Assembly: GCA_002269645.1 (NCBI GenBank)
Contig: NIVC01001566.1
Location: 1 to 64,000 of the forward strand
Length of the DNA: 64,000 bases
DNA from: Macrostomum lignano
Lineage: Eukaryota
Direction: 5' to 3'
Under the pieces are notes generated by a model. That model saw only the letters and a program-made list of their open reading frames with translations. It was not told where the DNA came from and did not search any database. This document shows positions 12,834-25,547 of the stretch, one piece after another (the first letter of the stretch is position 1; every line of letters starts with the position of its first letter). Both the position numbers and the translations under genes were made by a program.

Positions 12834-14274
12834 TCAGGCCACCTGCAGGCTACGGCGGGTCAGACGCCTCTGCTGTTGCTGCTGCTGCCCAGACACCCGC
12901 CTGCGCTCGTCGACTGCGGCGCTTTCAGCAGCGGCGGGTGGCCAGCCGCCGAGTCTGCAGGCCTCCAGCTGGGCGAATCTGCGACGAGTATCGACAATGT
13001 CGGCTTCGACATTTGACCAGGTGGCGTGCAGCTGGGCGGGCGACGGCTGACCGGCCGGCACCAGTTTGGCCTCGAATGCCGGCAGGGTGTCCCGGATGAG
13101 GCGGCCGGCCGCGGCCAGGGCGCCAGTCAGCTCGGACAGCAGCGACTGGGGCACCGACTCGCTGATTGACACCTGGGAATAACAGTGCGTTGAGGAGGGA
13201 ATGGGATGGTATTGGTAGGATAAAGAAGGGAAGATTATCAAGGGGATAAACAAGGGGAGATTATCAAGGGGATAAACAAGGGAAGATTATCAAGGGGATA
13301 AACAAGGGAAGATTATCAAGGGGATAAACAAGGGGAGATTATCAAGGGGATAAACAAGGGAAGATTATCAAGGGGATAAACAAGGGGAGAATATCAAGGG
13401 GATAAACAAGGGGAGATTATCAAGGGGATAAACAAGGGGAGATTATCAAGGGCAGGCGCGTCGCCACCAATGCTTTGTGCAATGGGGGGCATGCCAATGC
13501 TTTGTCCATCAGTCAATCCTCGATAAAAATTACCTCTTTCCAATCGTCAATGAGAAAGCGAATCAGCTCCCACTGCTGATGCAGCAGCATTCGATATTTG
13601 CGAATGGCATCCTCAGACTCTCTGGCCTTCTCTCGGGCCTGGTCTACAAGCGCGGCCTCCTCGTCTTCGTCGGCCTCTTCAACGTCGCAGAACAGGGTAC
13701 GCCAGACCGCCTGCGGCGAAGTGCCATCGTCGGCGGCCGGCTGGGTGAGCCTGGGCGGTCGCTGAGGCGAGGCGGCAAGCAAACTATTATTAGCATTGGG
13801 CACGCAGCAGATGCTGTGCCGGCCGCTGGCGGCCAAGGACCGGCGGCCTCGGGGCCTGCAGTCAATCATTGGCGAGTTCATGATGGCCAAACAGCGCAGC
13901 TCCGGATCGCGGATTCGCAGCAGGTCGGTGGACTTTCTAGCGACTGGGATTCGCCTGGACTGCTGCTGCTGTTTCTGCTGCTGCTGCTGAGGCGGAGCCG
14001 GGGTCGAGAATCGAACCCCGGGAGACTGGATAGCCTGCTGCATCTGCTGCTGATGGCGCTGAGCAGTCGATGAAGCTGGAAAACTTGATTCAGTGCCAGC
14101 ATGATGGCTGGTGCTAGGAGCATTCTGTTGCAGTTGCTGACGGGCGCTACCAGCCTGAGATGTGGCCAGTTTAAACAGTGCTGGAGAGCCAGCATGCTTG
14201 CTTAGGGCTGATGGCTGCTGCTGCTGTCTCTGCGGTGTTGCAGCACCAGCAATTGACCGCCTGTTCACTGGCAT
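12834..14274 (-). CDS. Divergent GKAP/SAPAP-domain protein (DLGAP5/HURP/Mars-like); exons 13534-14274 and 12834-13172
   Basis: A Q/S/P-rich N-terminus is followed by YRMLLHQQWELIRFLIDDWKE|VSISESVPQSLLSELTGALAAAGRLIRDTLPAF...QLHATWSNVEADIVDTRRRFAQLEACRLGGW. This follows the helical GH1 pattern of DLGAP proteins as recalled (R.AVG.A.LL...F; DL.GFWD....EDV...F..L.....W). Phase-0 GT-AG intron 13173-13533. Confidence 0.6.
13237..13452. repeat. 26 bp minisatellite GGGGAGATTATCAAGGGGATAAACAA, ~8 copies, in the GKAP-domain gene intron
   Basis: Direct tandem repetition. Confidence 0.95.
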
Positions 14275-14390
14275 TCTTGAGCGCTTTGCTATTCATCAAG
14301 CGGAGTGTTGTGCCCTAATTTATGATTTACTGCATTACTAATCAGTGCATAATATTAAGAAGAGCATGCTTGGGCGTAACCTAGGGATGC

Positions 14391-14520
14391 ATTGGCTACA
14401 CATGAAAGTTGCTATTGGACAGAATAGTAGTCACGTGACAGCTCTCATCCAATAGCGACTTACATGTAGATGTTACCAATAGAAACAGCCAGGTGATTCC
14501 CAAGGTTGCGCATTTATAAA
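14391..14520. promoter_or_regulatory. Putative bidirectional promoter: ATTGG x2, palindromic GTCACGTGAC E-box, CCAAT x2, TATAAA
   Basis: ATTGG at 14391 and 14414, GTCACGTGAC at 14430-14439, CCAAT at 14449 and 14476, TTTATAAA at 14513-14520; about 120 bp upstream of the minus-strand ATG at 14274. Confidence 0.5.
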
Positions 14521-15309
14521 GGAGACATGCGCTTCAATATAAAATTGATGGAAACCTTGTTTCTTAGATATACACTGCGAAGAAGGCAAGTTTTATTTTA
14601 GTTTAGAACAAAAAAGCACTCCAGTTCTCATTGATAATTTTTTTCAAGAAGCAGTGTTTTTGCAATTGCAAATTACAATTTGTAAACAGTCTTAAATAGT
14701 GTTGCTAGTAGTAGGAATGAGTATAGATTAAAGTTTTGTTATAGAGAAAACGGTTTTAGCCTACAAAACAGTGCTTGACTAAATAATGCATCTTGCTGAA
14801 GAGGATGAAGGGGCAAATTGCCTAGTGCCAGGTAGAAAAAGGAGTAACTCCCTAGGAAATTAAGAAATATTGTCTAGACAAATAATTGAGAGTTTTAATA
14901 ATAGACAGTGAACTTGTGAACTGCAATCCATTTTGATAAGCTAACACTAGCTTATAAAAAAGCATATATATCATGCTAGCCCATAAATTACACTCAAATT
15001 CAGAGCTCATTATCAGTTTATTGTTTGAAAAAAAAATTATTCTGTTTTACTTTTATTATTGAAAGGCCTTTATAATTAGATTAGTTCACTTTATAACCCA
15101 AAACTACACTAATAATGAGGTCAACTCCTTCTTTGGCAAAGTAAGGGGACAGAACTCCCATTCCCAGAAGTTCATACTGTGAAATCCATTAGCTGAATCT
15201 CATGACCCGAATCCCATTCTCCAAATGCTCTCTAAATCTTCCATAAAACATCTCAAATACCATATCTTGTTTTCCCTGTTGCAAAAATTGACCACCATTA
15301 TTCTAACTA

Positions 15310-15750
15310 AGACTCTCCTCTTTGCTCTCTTATCTCTCATCTCTCCTCTCTCCCTTATCCTCTCGCCTCTCTCCCTTCTTATCTCTAATCACTTATCTCC
15401 TCTCTCATCTTTTAGCTCTACTTCCTCCTGTCTCCTCTCTTCTCTCTCCTCTCTCCTATCTCCTATTGTCTCTTTCCTTTGTACTGTTCTCTCTTATCTC
15501 TCTTTCTTTTTACCTTTCTTATCTCACATCTTTACTCTCTTATCTATTCTCTCTTCTACGTTGTCCTCTTTTCTTTTCTCTCTCTATGCTCTCATGTCTC
15601 ATATTTATATTCTCTCTAACCTTTCCTTTTTCATCTTTAATCTTTCCTTTCTCCTCTCTACTGTCTCCTCTCTTCTCTTTCCTCTCTCGTCTTCTCTTCT
15701 CTCCCCTCTGTCATCTTTAATATTTCCTCTTTCTTTTCTATTCTCTTATC
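15310..15750. repeat. CT-rich low-complexity tract
   Basis: Polypyrimidine low complexity. Confidence 0.85.
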
Positions 15751-18344
15751 TGACTGACTGAAGGTGCCAATAATAAAACTAATTGAAATTTGTCACCACC
15801 CTCTCCATTACTGAAATTACTTAAATGATAGCTAGCTTGAATGTGCATACGCAACCCCTCAACTTGATCTGACTTTGACCTATTGCAAAAATGACTACAA
15901 TGTTTGCAGAAAGTTAAAAGTATAGAAATTATTTTTTGAATACTGTGCTTTTTGTTTTTATTTAAAGTAAACAACTTATATTCCCAAACTCAGCATTGCA
16001 AGATCTTTCTAGCAATATAGGTCTTTCCTCTGAAAGTTTAAAACCTGAGGAACAATTAGCATTCGAAATTTCCTAATTTCCTATCTGCTTACTTGAGAAG
16101 CTTGCAAGTTTATTCTTTGAATTTCATTGCCTAGCTAACACAGTGCTGCCTATTAAAGGTACAATAATAAAACCAATTGAATCTCAACATAATCCTATCT
16201 ATGTTTACACTGTATAACTGCTTGTATACTCAGCCCAAGCCCAAGCCAACTTGTTTCAAGAGAATCATTAAATTTAATTTCACCTTAAAAATGTAGGGCA
16301 ATAGTTGCATTAAATGCACAATACATTTCATTTACCTCTCTAATACCCAGCAACCCGCAAGTAGAGGTTAGGGTAGTTTTTTTTATAAATAGACTGCTAC
16401 CCCCTACTAGAAAGACAAAAGGGCCAAATAAGGTTAAGAAAAGTTTTTCTGCTTTTTTTCAGACTTAATTTTGAAAATTTTAACTTGAAATAGCCTATTT
16501 GTTGCATAGGAAAATTATGCATTAATTCAGAAGTCTCACAGTTGAGTTGGCAGCCAAGAAGAGGAGATACGTGTTAAACCTGGCTAGTCAATTGATCAAT
16601 CTACTCAGCTTTAGATATGAAAAACATCGTGTCAGTTTTAGTATATTTAGAGATAGATTCTAATGAGATTTTAAAAGTTATTTTTCAAATATTTTTTTTA
16701 TTTCATTTGAAAAGTTATTGCTTTAGAGTTCTTTCATAATTATAGGTACAATTAAATTGCATTTTGGTCAAAAAGTAAATTATACAGCTAGATAAAATTT
16801 CAAAGTTAAACATATATGCCATAGTTCAGAAGTCTCTGTATATATCCCAAAAACAACCAAATTTTTTGGTATATGCCAATGTATACCAAATATATTTACC
16901 TTATAGAAGTCATGCAAAACTTCAAATCATCAATTTTGAATGTTATTACTAGACTAGTGATTTTGATATTTAATTTTAATTAGATGAAGTTAGCCACAAA
17001 AAATAGAATTTATAGATTTTGTCAAAATTTAAAATCTTTCTTAGTCTTTTACCTTTTAAAAATACAAAAATCAATTTTTGCATTATATAGTTATCAAATA
17101 TTATAATTATACTACATGGACAACTATTGGGACTATTATTGATAATTGTGTTATTTTTAATCTTTGATGCATGTCATGTAAGCCCCCTACCAAAATATTA
17201 ACATATATACCAAAAGCCCAAAATCACTTTTTGTATACCAACTATCTACCAAATTTCTTGAGTATATCCCAGAAGTTTCCTATATAGATGTAGTCAATAA
17301 GTTTGTCTAGTAAAAAAATTTTGGCCATAGACTAAGCCTAGTAGTAGCTTTCTAGCATCAGATATATTATTATTATAACAAGTTTTATAGCATAGAATTA
17401 GTGCTTAGTAGCACATTAAACCCCATAGGGGCATTGAATTCAAAATCCAAACATTGAAAACACTAAAAATTGTTTTTTGAGTATTTGACCCTCTTCTAAA
17501 TCTATTTTTCATTGTTTGAAATTTTATATATGCTCAGCAACATTGAAAAGTTGTCACTATATACCAGTAAGGAATTTTTCTTGGACTATTCTGAAATAAA
17601 ATATACAAGAAGTCAAGAAAACTGATTAGATAGTTTTAATTCATCTAATAAAACCCTCACATACTGCATCCCCCCTCACTTCATTCCTTAACTCAAGCCT
17701 ACCACAGTGTAGCAAGTTGCATTATTTGCAAAGATGAAGAAGCTTCACCTGCACTCTAAAAAGTGGTGACACTCAAATCCGTGTTGTGTTTCGCACCGAA
17801 AAGATTGCTAAGTTTGTCTGCAAGTTGAAATCCAGTGTTCCACGTCCTCTCGCGGCTGGTGTCATGTATAAATTTGTTTGCTCTGAGGACCAGAGCATCT
17901 CCTACATAGGAAAAACTAAACGACACTTATACACGAGGGTCAGAGAGCACTGGCTAAAAAACTCTGCTATTAACGAACACCTGCTAACCTGCAATTCTTG
18001 TTGTGAGGCTGAACCACACGAAATGATAAAGGCTATTGATTTTTGTAATAGAGATCACATGCTCTGCCTATTAGAAGCCCTGTACATTAAGACCAAACAG
18101 CCCACGTTAAATAACCAACTTGCGATGGGTGGGGCTAGCCGTCAACTCAGAATTTTTTAGCTGATTTGTCAATGACCGGACTGGCTTGAAACTGATATGC
18201 ACTTTACCCAACCAATACTGTATCAAAAATTGATTACTATGTACAAGTTTTAAACCATCAATTAAAAACTCAATTCAACTACTCTTGTTACTCTCAACTA
18301 TCTATATATACTGAATATTTGTTCAAATTGTTTCTCAATAAAAA

Positions 18345-18388
18345 GACCCTGACGATTTCCTAATGCAAATGGACGAAATGCATCGGCA
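18345..18388 (+). ncRNA. Minimal hammerhead ribozyme motif in the left pseudo-LTR (stem II mismatch)
   Basis: CTGACGA-T-TTCC-loop-GGAC-GAA-ATGCAT-C-GG: conserved core, palindromic stem III and AUC site. Stem II has G>T relative to the right copy; stem I is only 2 bp. Confidence 0.6.
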
Positions 18389-20923
18389 ACTCAAATAATA
18401 CTTCATGTTGATATTTACCTTTATTTATCTACTCTTCATCAAGCGAGCCACTTTACCTGATTTCTATTTTGATATCAACCGTCACTACCCGGACGTCACT
18501 GTTCCATTTCTTCGGAGATTTGAGCGCTACGCCACTGCCCTTGGCAAGTGCCAGGTGGACAGTTGGTTCCTTCAGCAATGTATTGAACTACAGGTTGCAC
18601 CCAAGTTTGTCCAGTTCAAGAAACCGAACACACCTGTTTTTCGTGATCTATCCAACGTTCACAATGCATTGATTCAACAAGAACTTCGAGCTAACCAACG
18701 GAAGACTCATCAACTACGGAATCGAGTCCAAGAACTTAAGTCAAACTTAAGAAATCAGCTGGGTTTGATCTCCTATGCAGTCCTATGGCATCTAGTGAGC
18801 AAGTCAACGCAAGAAAAACTTCGAGCGGACCGCCTGAGACTCGGAAAGAAGCTTCGCAACCTTTGGACCGAGCAGAAGCATCAGACCCATGGAGCCAATA
18901 CCATCACCAACCTGTCTCGTCACCAACTCACGGTCACCGAGCTCAACTGTTTGCAACATGGTCTGCGCAACCCGACGCTACCAAAATGCATCAACAAGCT
19001 TAAAATCGCTGCTGAAATTGAATCTGGCCTGAGTAAGTGCCTAAAAACTGACAATTTGCGAGTTGACGGCGCTGTTCCACCCGATAAGCTTAAACACTGT
19101 ATCATTGCTGAATTTGAAAAGTTTATCTGTAGAGCTCAAGGATACATTAACAAGAAAAGCAATAGGCTTATGCACCAGACTATGAACGGTCTCAAGAACA
19201 ATGACAACATCAAGATCGTTGGTTACGATAAAGGCTATGGCGTTGCTGTCTTAGACAGTAATGATTATTTCGAGAAACTTGAGAAAGTGATCCAGGACAA
19301 ACTCAAGTTTCAATGCCTTGGTACCGCCAATAAAGTCACTATGACCCACCCGATTCTGAAAAATGAAAGATCTCTTCAGAATTTTTTGAGAACTTATGTC
19401 AAGCCACATGTGAGCCCTGAGATTTTTAAGGTGATTGTCCCAAATGGTAGCCAACCTGGACAACTGTATGGTCTGTGCAAAGTTCATAAGGATGGTCATC
19501 CTTTAAGACCAATTGTTTCGATGATCAACACTTCAGAGTATGAGCTAGCCAAATTCCTTGACAATTTAATTAAACCTGTTATTCCTTCTGAGCACTGTGT
19601 GGGATCCAATAAACAGTTTATTGAGATATAAACTATACTTTTAAGAAGATGCTCAAATTCGCCACCTCTGGCATCTTTCTTTTTCGGGACAAATATTACA
19701 GACAGATTGATGGGTGTGCCATGGGCAGCCCTCTCGCCCCAACCCTCGCTAATTTATGCATGGCCCACTGGGAGAAGGACTGGATGGCCCTCCCTTGTGC
19801 ACCTCACTTCTACAAACGCTACGTCAATGACACCTTTGCGATCTTTGAGGACGAAGCTAAGAAGGACGAGTTTTTAAAGTTAATCAATTCTACTCATGAG
19901 AATATCAAATTCACGGCGGAGGGGGAGGCAGAAGACTTCCTTTCTTAGACATTGACGTTGACGCCACCGATGAAACTATTTCGACCAGCGTGTATAGGAA
20001 ACCTAGCTTTACCGGGCTTATGCTTAGGTTTGACGCCTTGTGCCCTAGACAATGGAAAACCGGATTGATTCGTTGCTTTCTTCACCGGGCTTTTTCCACT
20101 TGCAGCTCTTGGAGACTTTTCCACAATGAAGTTGAAATCCTCACCAATCTGCTCAGCTACAATGGCTATCCTAAGAACTTTGTGATGAAAATTGTCAACT
20201 CTTTTCTCAATGACAAACTGACTGAACCTAATCGGATGAAAGTTCGTGATTCCACCTCTGAATGTCCCTTGATCACTTTGCCTTACTTTGGTGTTTGTTC
20301 TATAGAGTTTAAAAAGAAGTTAGAAAAGCTGCTCCGTAAAGACTTAAACACTCAAATCTGTGTTGTGTTTCGCACCGAAAAGATTGCTAAGTTTGTCTGC
20401 AAGTTGAAATCCAGTGTTCCACGTCCTCTCGCGGCTGGTGTCGTGTATAAATTTGTTTGCTCTGAGGACCAGAGCATCTCCTACATAGGAAAAACTAAAC
20501 GACACTTATACACGAGGGTCAGAGAGCACTGGCTAAAAAACTCTGCTATTAACGAACACCTGCTAACCTGCAATTCTTGTTGTGAGGCTGAAGCACACGA
20601 AATGATAAAGGCTATTGATTTTTGTAATAGAGATCACATGCTCTGCCTATTAGAAGCCCTGTACATTAAGACCAAACAGCCCACGTTAAATAACCAACTT
20701 GCGATGGGTGGGGCTAGCCGTCAACTCAGAATTTTTTAGCTGATTTGTCAATGACCGGACTGGCTTGAAACTGATATGCACTTTACCCAACCAATACTGT
20801 ATCAAAAATTGATTACTATGTACAAGTTTTAAACCATCAATTAAAAACTCAATTCAACTACTCTTGTTACTCTCAACTATCTATATATACTGAATATTCG
20901 TTCAAATTGTTTCTCAATAAAAA

Positions 20924-20967
20924 GACCCTGACGATGTCCTAATGCAAATGGACGAAATGCATCGGCA
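20924..20967 (+). ncRNA. Minimal hammerhead ribozyme motif in the right pseudo-LTR
   Basis: CC-CTGACGA-T-GTCC-TAATGCAAAT-GGAC-GAA-ATGCAT-C-GG: perfect stem II and palindromic ATGCAT stem III, typical of PLE dimer-type hammerheads; stem I is weak. Confidence 0.7.
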
Positions 20968-23375
20968 ACTCAAATAATACTTCATGTTGATATTTACCTT
21001 TATTTATCTACTGCAATACATAAAATTTAAATGAAATTATGCAAGATTTCTTAGAACATTAAGCTGCGCGCAGGTAAGTGTGGTAGGCCAGTCTACCACT
21101 GGGGCTCCTGCAATGGTTGGCGACGTGCGAAGCGCCTCCACCTGGTGGGACAATATTTGACATCATTTCTGCTCCCCCGGATGAACTGTGCACTTTCCCC
21201 TTGTTGCCCCCACCTTTGGTCCAATAGTTGCCCCTTCCCTTGGTCCCGCTTTGTTTTGCTGTGTTCCTTCCAGGGTTTGTCTCCTTTTTCCCACCAGTGT
21301 CCCCCCCCCAGTGTTCCCCTTGGTGTTCCCCCAATTGGATCCATGTAACAATTTTGTATAAAAATCATTGCGTTTACTTCTTCTTCTTTGTTCTCCTTTT
21401 GACTACTACTTTTTCCTGCTTTCGCCTCTGTTTAGTTAAGTTGTGAATTTGTAGTTAACCGACTGTTTGGCACTGTCTCATAATCACCCGTCAAATTTAA
21501 TAGTGTGCGACATTCATTTTATTGCCTAAATCATTTATTAGTCAACTAACTTGTCAATTGCTTATTAACCTCGTGGAAAGTAATAATTTTTCTTAATCAT
21601 TGACTACGATAATAACTGATTGCTAATACTAGGCCTAATGAACAATAATAATAAGTTTTATATTAATATTTATCCAGTTGGTCTTAATTGAAGCCTCTAG
21701 TTTATATTGAGTTCTTTGCCCATGGGGCGTAAAATAACCAATCAGTCTCAACTCAAAGAAAGCTCTAAGACCTTCAACGTTCCATAAAACGACATTTACG
21801 GTGGTGGCAGTGCTACTTTACTACTGAAAGTAACACAACTAGCAATCTCAACAAATTAGGCCTATGAGTTTACAATGTCAGAGGACCCATTCTGAACAAC
21901 CCGAGCTGCTACAAGACTGCTCGACTACAATTACGACTACCCTCCCCCCAGAATTAAGGAACCCTGGCAGATGGAATATCCAAGGAGAGGACTCAACGCA
22001 GCAGTTTGTGCAATTTTCTGGCTTTACGAGTGCCGAGACAATGTCAGCAGAAATTCAGACGTAGAATCCACCCCACCTCACTAGTGTCGACCAACAATTC
22101 AAACCACCAATTAAAAAGGCTAAATCTTCTCCACCCCACCTCAAGCTTTTTAAAGTTGCAAAAGTTTGCTAGAAATGTGCGCACAAGTGTGCAAGTTTTT
22201 GTTACTGCGCATGGAACACATCCAGGATTTTGTACAAAAATTCCATCCTGGCAGACATACAAACACTGAAAACAGTGCAAAATTAGTATACAGACTCAGG
22301 GCTAAGTCCCTTAAAAGTAGTTTTTTTTACTTAAAATAGTTTGTAGTCCATAGACTAATTTTAAATTTTCTAGATTCAAAAGAATTTAACAAATAAAATA
22401 TGACATGTGACAATTGCTAAGTTTTACATTATTAGCAATTTAATTATAAAAAAAGTACTAAATAAGGCCCTAAATAGTGGCATACAGTTTGTAGCAGTGA
22501 TATTTATAGTAGGCCCCCTATATTGGATATGATCTAAAAGTGATTTGGCCATTTTTGATATATTATATCTTAAAGTAGGTTTTTAGATCTAGTTTCAGTA
22601 GGCCTAGGCCTAGGCCTATCACTATCAGACATAGTGCAAAAGTCATAATTTTGTGAATATTAAAAATATAAGCATAAAGTTTTACATAGAAGCATAGTTT
22701 ATTGCCCTGCATGTCTTTGATAAAAAATAAAAAATCCAGTAAAATAATTTATCGTCTTCTTTTCTAGGCAATGCTATTTTAAAGAAGACCACGGTTAAAG
22801 AAAATATGTGAAAACGTGTATTTAAGCATAATTGAGTTCTTAGAAAATATTGATCAAACAGAATTTCGTATAAAAGTATAATTCCATGGATCAACTTGGC
22901 TGTTGTTAATTGTGACACTTAAAAGTAAACTTTTTAGTACACTCAGTGATGTAAAGTCCGAAGTTTTTTAAATATACATGAAAATGAATTTTTGCACAAA
23001 ATTAAGTGTGGAAAAATTTAATTTTTTCGATTAAACGTTTGGCACAATTGTTTACAAAAATTTCCAAAAAAAGGCTTAATGAAACTAATTGGCATCTTTT
23101 AGTGTTAGTTAAAATGTAAGTATGTAACTCTTACGGTCATATCTAAAAACCTAAAAAATAACGAATATTTTGCATTCTCTAAAAGTGAAATAGTACCAGT
23201 TTACAGTTTTTGTATCACAGAGATGCTAGACCTAGGCCTAGGACCTATAGCATCTTGATTTTCCAAATCATATCCTAAAATTGGACCTTGAATAATATTA
23301 TTGCATCTTATTCTTAGTGTTAGCAAATAAACTAGCAAGCCTGGCCTAACTAAAAGCTAGCTATAAGGGCGCATG

Positions 23376-23618
23376 ACTAAGACCACCACACACCAAGACC
23401 ACCACAGCTATTTCTATTACTGGCTACTGGTATTGAGGGGGAGCTACCAATCTTCTAGCATTGCTATTCCTCTCATAGGTTCTTTTTTGGCTCTAAGTGC
23501 CAGAAATAGCTGCTGGCTCTCCTACCCACTCATCTCTCTAGCACCATCTAATAACACAAATTCAAATTTCTCCCTTAGCTCCCAAGTGTGGCGGTCTTGG
23601 TGTGTGGCAGTCTTGGTC
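23376..23618. mobile_element. Small inverted-repeat (MITE-like) element
   Basis: GACTAAGACCACCACACACCAAGACCACCACA at left is the near reverse complement of TGTGGCGGTCTTGGTGTGTGGCAGTCTTGGTC at right; no TSD established. Confidence 0.55.
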
Positions 23619-24560
23619 CTAAACCACTATAAGTATTGATTATTTATAATAAAATAATGTCATTGGAAAAGATTACCAATTCCCAATCGTTATTTGTCTG
23701 GTGACCAGACAAATAGTGACGTGGTTTTTTATATGGTTATTGGACAAATAGCTATCTCATTATTTGTCTAGCTATGCCCTAATTTGGCGTATGGCCAGAA
23801 TATAGCCATTTTGTTATTTGTCTAGTTTAATTGCTAATAAATAGGCCTATACAAATATTCTACTTCAAAATATTAGTTAAGTGGTTATTAATATTCTGGA
23901 TTTTAAGACTTTTTTCCTATCTTAATTTAATAATATTTTGCTATACTAAGCCTAGCATACCTGGGTTACTAAGTATGCAATTAGGCCTAACTTGCTTAAA
24001 AATTTTACTTGCACATAGACTGCATGATTATTACTGAAATTTCTTATTGTTCTATGTTCAGTTTGATTTTCATGCCTTATCACATTGTCAAACCTTGCTT
24101 TTTCCCTGTGCTTTGCTTTATAAAAAAGACAGCATAAAGGGATATTAGTATAGGCCTAAGAAAGATAGGAAGTAGGCCTAGTCAAACTAAGTAGGCCTAT
24201 AGACTAGACATACACTAGTTGACCTATAACAACATATTAATCAAGATAGAATCTATGTGTCTAACAAGATCTATAGATACATATAAAAAGCCTTTATTTA
24301 AAATCTAGAAATATTTTTAAAAATGTATAAATATTAGGCCTAAGCCTAATATCTTTTCAATTGGACAGATAACAACTGCCTTATAAATTTATCCCAAAGT
24401 GTTTAAAACCTTAAAATATTATTTAGAGACAAACCTTAAATTAAAAAACTTCAAGGCTTTCATTAAACTACTTAAAATGTTTTTGATTTAAATATTTTTT
24501 CTATTTTTTTCTATCCTATCTATGACTGTTGGGTCTATTATAATTTCTTATTAACTAAAT

Positions 24561-24895
24561 CTAAGGTCAGCAAACTCTAGCCTATGTGGGCCAGATCTGG
24601 CCTGCAATACCTTCAAGTCTGGCCTGCAGCACTTTTACTATTTAACAACAGAAAAGTAGCCTACAAATTAATTTTATATTGAAATATTTAGCTTTAGAAG
24701 TAAAATTAGCTTTTACTCTATCATGGACCAGATGTCAGTTTTAATTGTAGGATTGTTTGTCATATTTGATCCATGCTCTAATCATTTAAACTTGTCATTT
24801 ATAGCCTATATTTGTTGCATATTTTTTCTTTTGGCCCGCTGTATTAGCCTAATCTTCCAATCTAGCCCACATTAAAAAAGATTGCCAATCCCTAG
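24561..24895. mobile_element. Degenerate hAT-like non-autonomous element
   Basis: Starts CTAAGGTCAGCAAACT...GGGCCAGATCTGGCC and ends GGCCCGC...AAAAAAGATTGCCAATCCCTAG, resembling hAT MITE termini; ACTAAAT directly flanks both sides. Confidence 0.55.
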
Positions 24896-25547
24896 ACTAA
24901 ATAATATATAAAGTTTAGTAATCATTTAATTTTGCATGTTTGATTATTTTTCTCATCTGAGTATTTGTAGTTTTTGTTTAGTGTAACAATGAATATTATA
25001 ACAGTTATAGAAAACTTGGTTTATAGGTTTCAACAAATAGATTGTCACTTGTCAACTTATAAATTACCGAATAGCCTAAATAGGCAGTCCTATGGGTAGA
25101 GAAATTGTTTATAACATTTTATTTTAGGCCAAGTCTAGTGTAATATGTAAATAGTCTTGGCTTTTTTACTTAGCCAAATAGAACGTAATATATTTTGCCA
25201 ACAGAGTTATTAATATATAAAATATATGCTGTAGGCCTATATGATTTGATAAGCAAATTATTTCTATAAATTTTAAAAATAATATATTTTATTAATTTTT
25301 TTTGTTTTTAAAATCAAATTAAAATAATAGTGCATATGATATTATGGAATTAAGCAAACAATTTTTGTATAACTTATTACTAAAATACTCTTCAAATTTT
25401 TATAATTATGAGGGTTTTGCTATTTTTTGTTTGTGTTTTTTTAACTTAAATCTCAAAAGATGATGCATAAACATGATTCTAAAGTATAGAAATCTACTAG
25501 TAGAATGTGCATATTATATTTCTATTCCTTATTGCAGCCTCTGCCCA

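Larger units (their letters stand above)
17769..21012 (+). mobile_element. Penelope-like retroelement (RT plus C-terminal GIY-YIG endonuclease) in partial-tandem form with direct pseudo-LTRs 17769-18433 and 20348-21012; defective
   Basis: ORF fragments 18405-19631, 19649-19948 and 19990-20739 carry GQLYGLCKVHK...PLRPIVS, GCAMGSPLAPTLA, YVND, LPFLD-like and YRK motifs, and GIY-YIG (VVYKFVC...[16 protein letters not shown]...LEALYI...PTLN). The 665 bp direct repeats are offset by 2579 bp. Confidence 0.95.

Noticed and set aside
21850-22270. GC-elevated, coding-like segment with Cys-rich patches downstream of the PLE
   Set aside because: Stops in all frames and no recognisable family; possibly a decayed gene or TE, but unsupported.
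23691-23715. Perfect 11 bp hairpin TATTTGTCTGG-TGA-CCAGACAAATA
   Set aside because: Part of a cluster of TATTTGTC motifs, most likely a MITE remnant; not a terminator or defined ncRNA.
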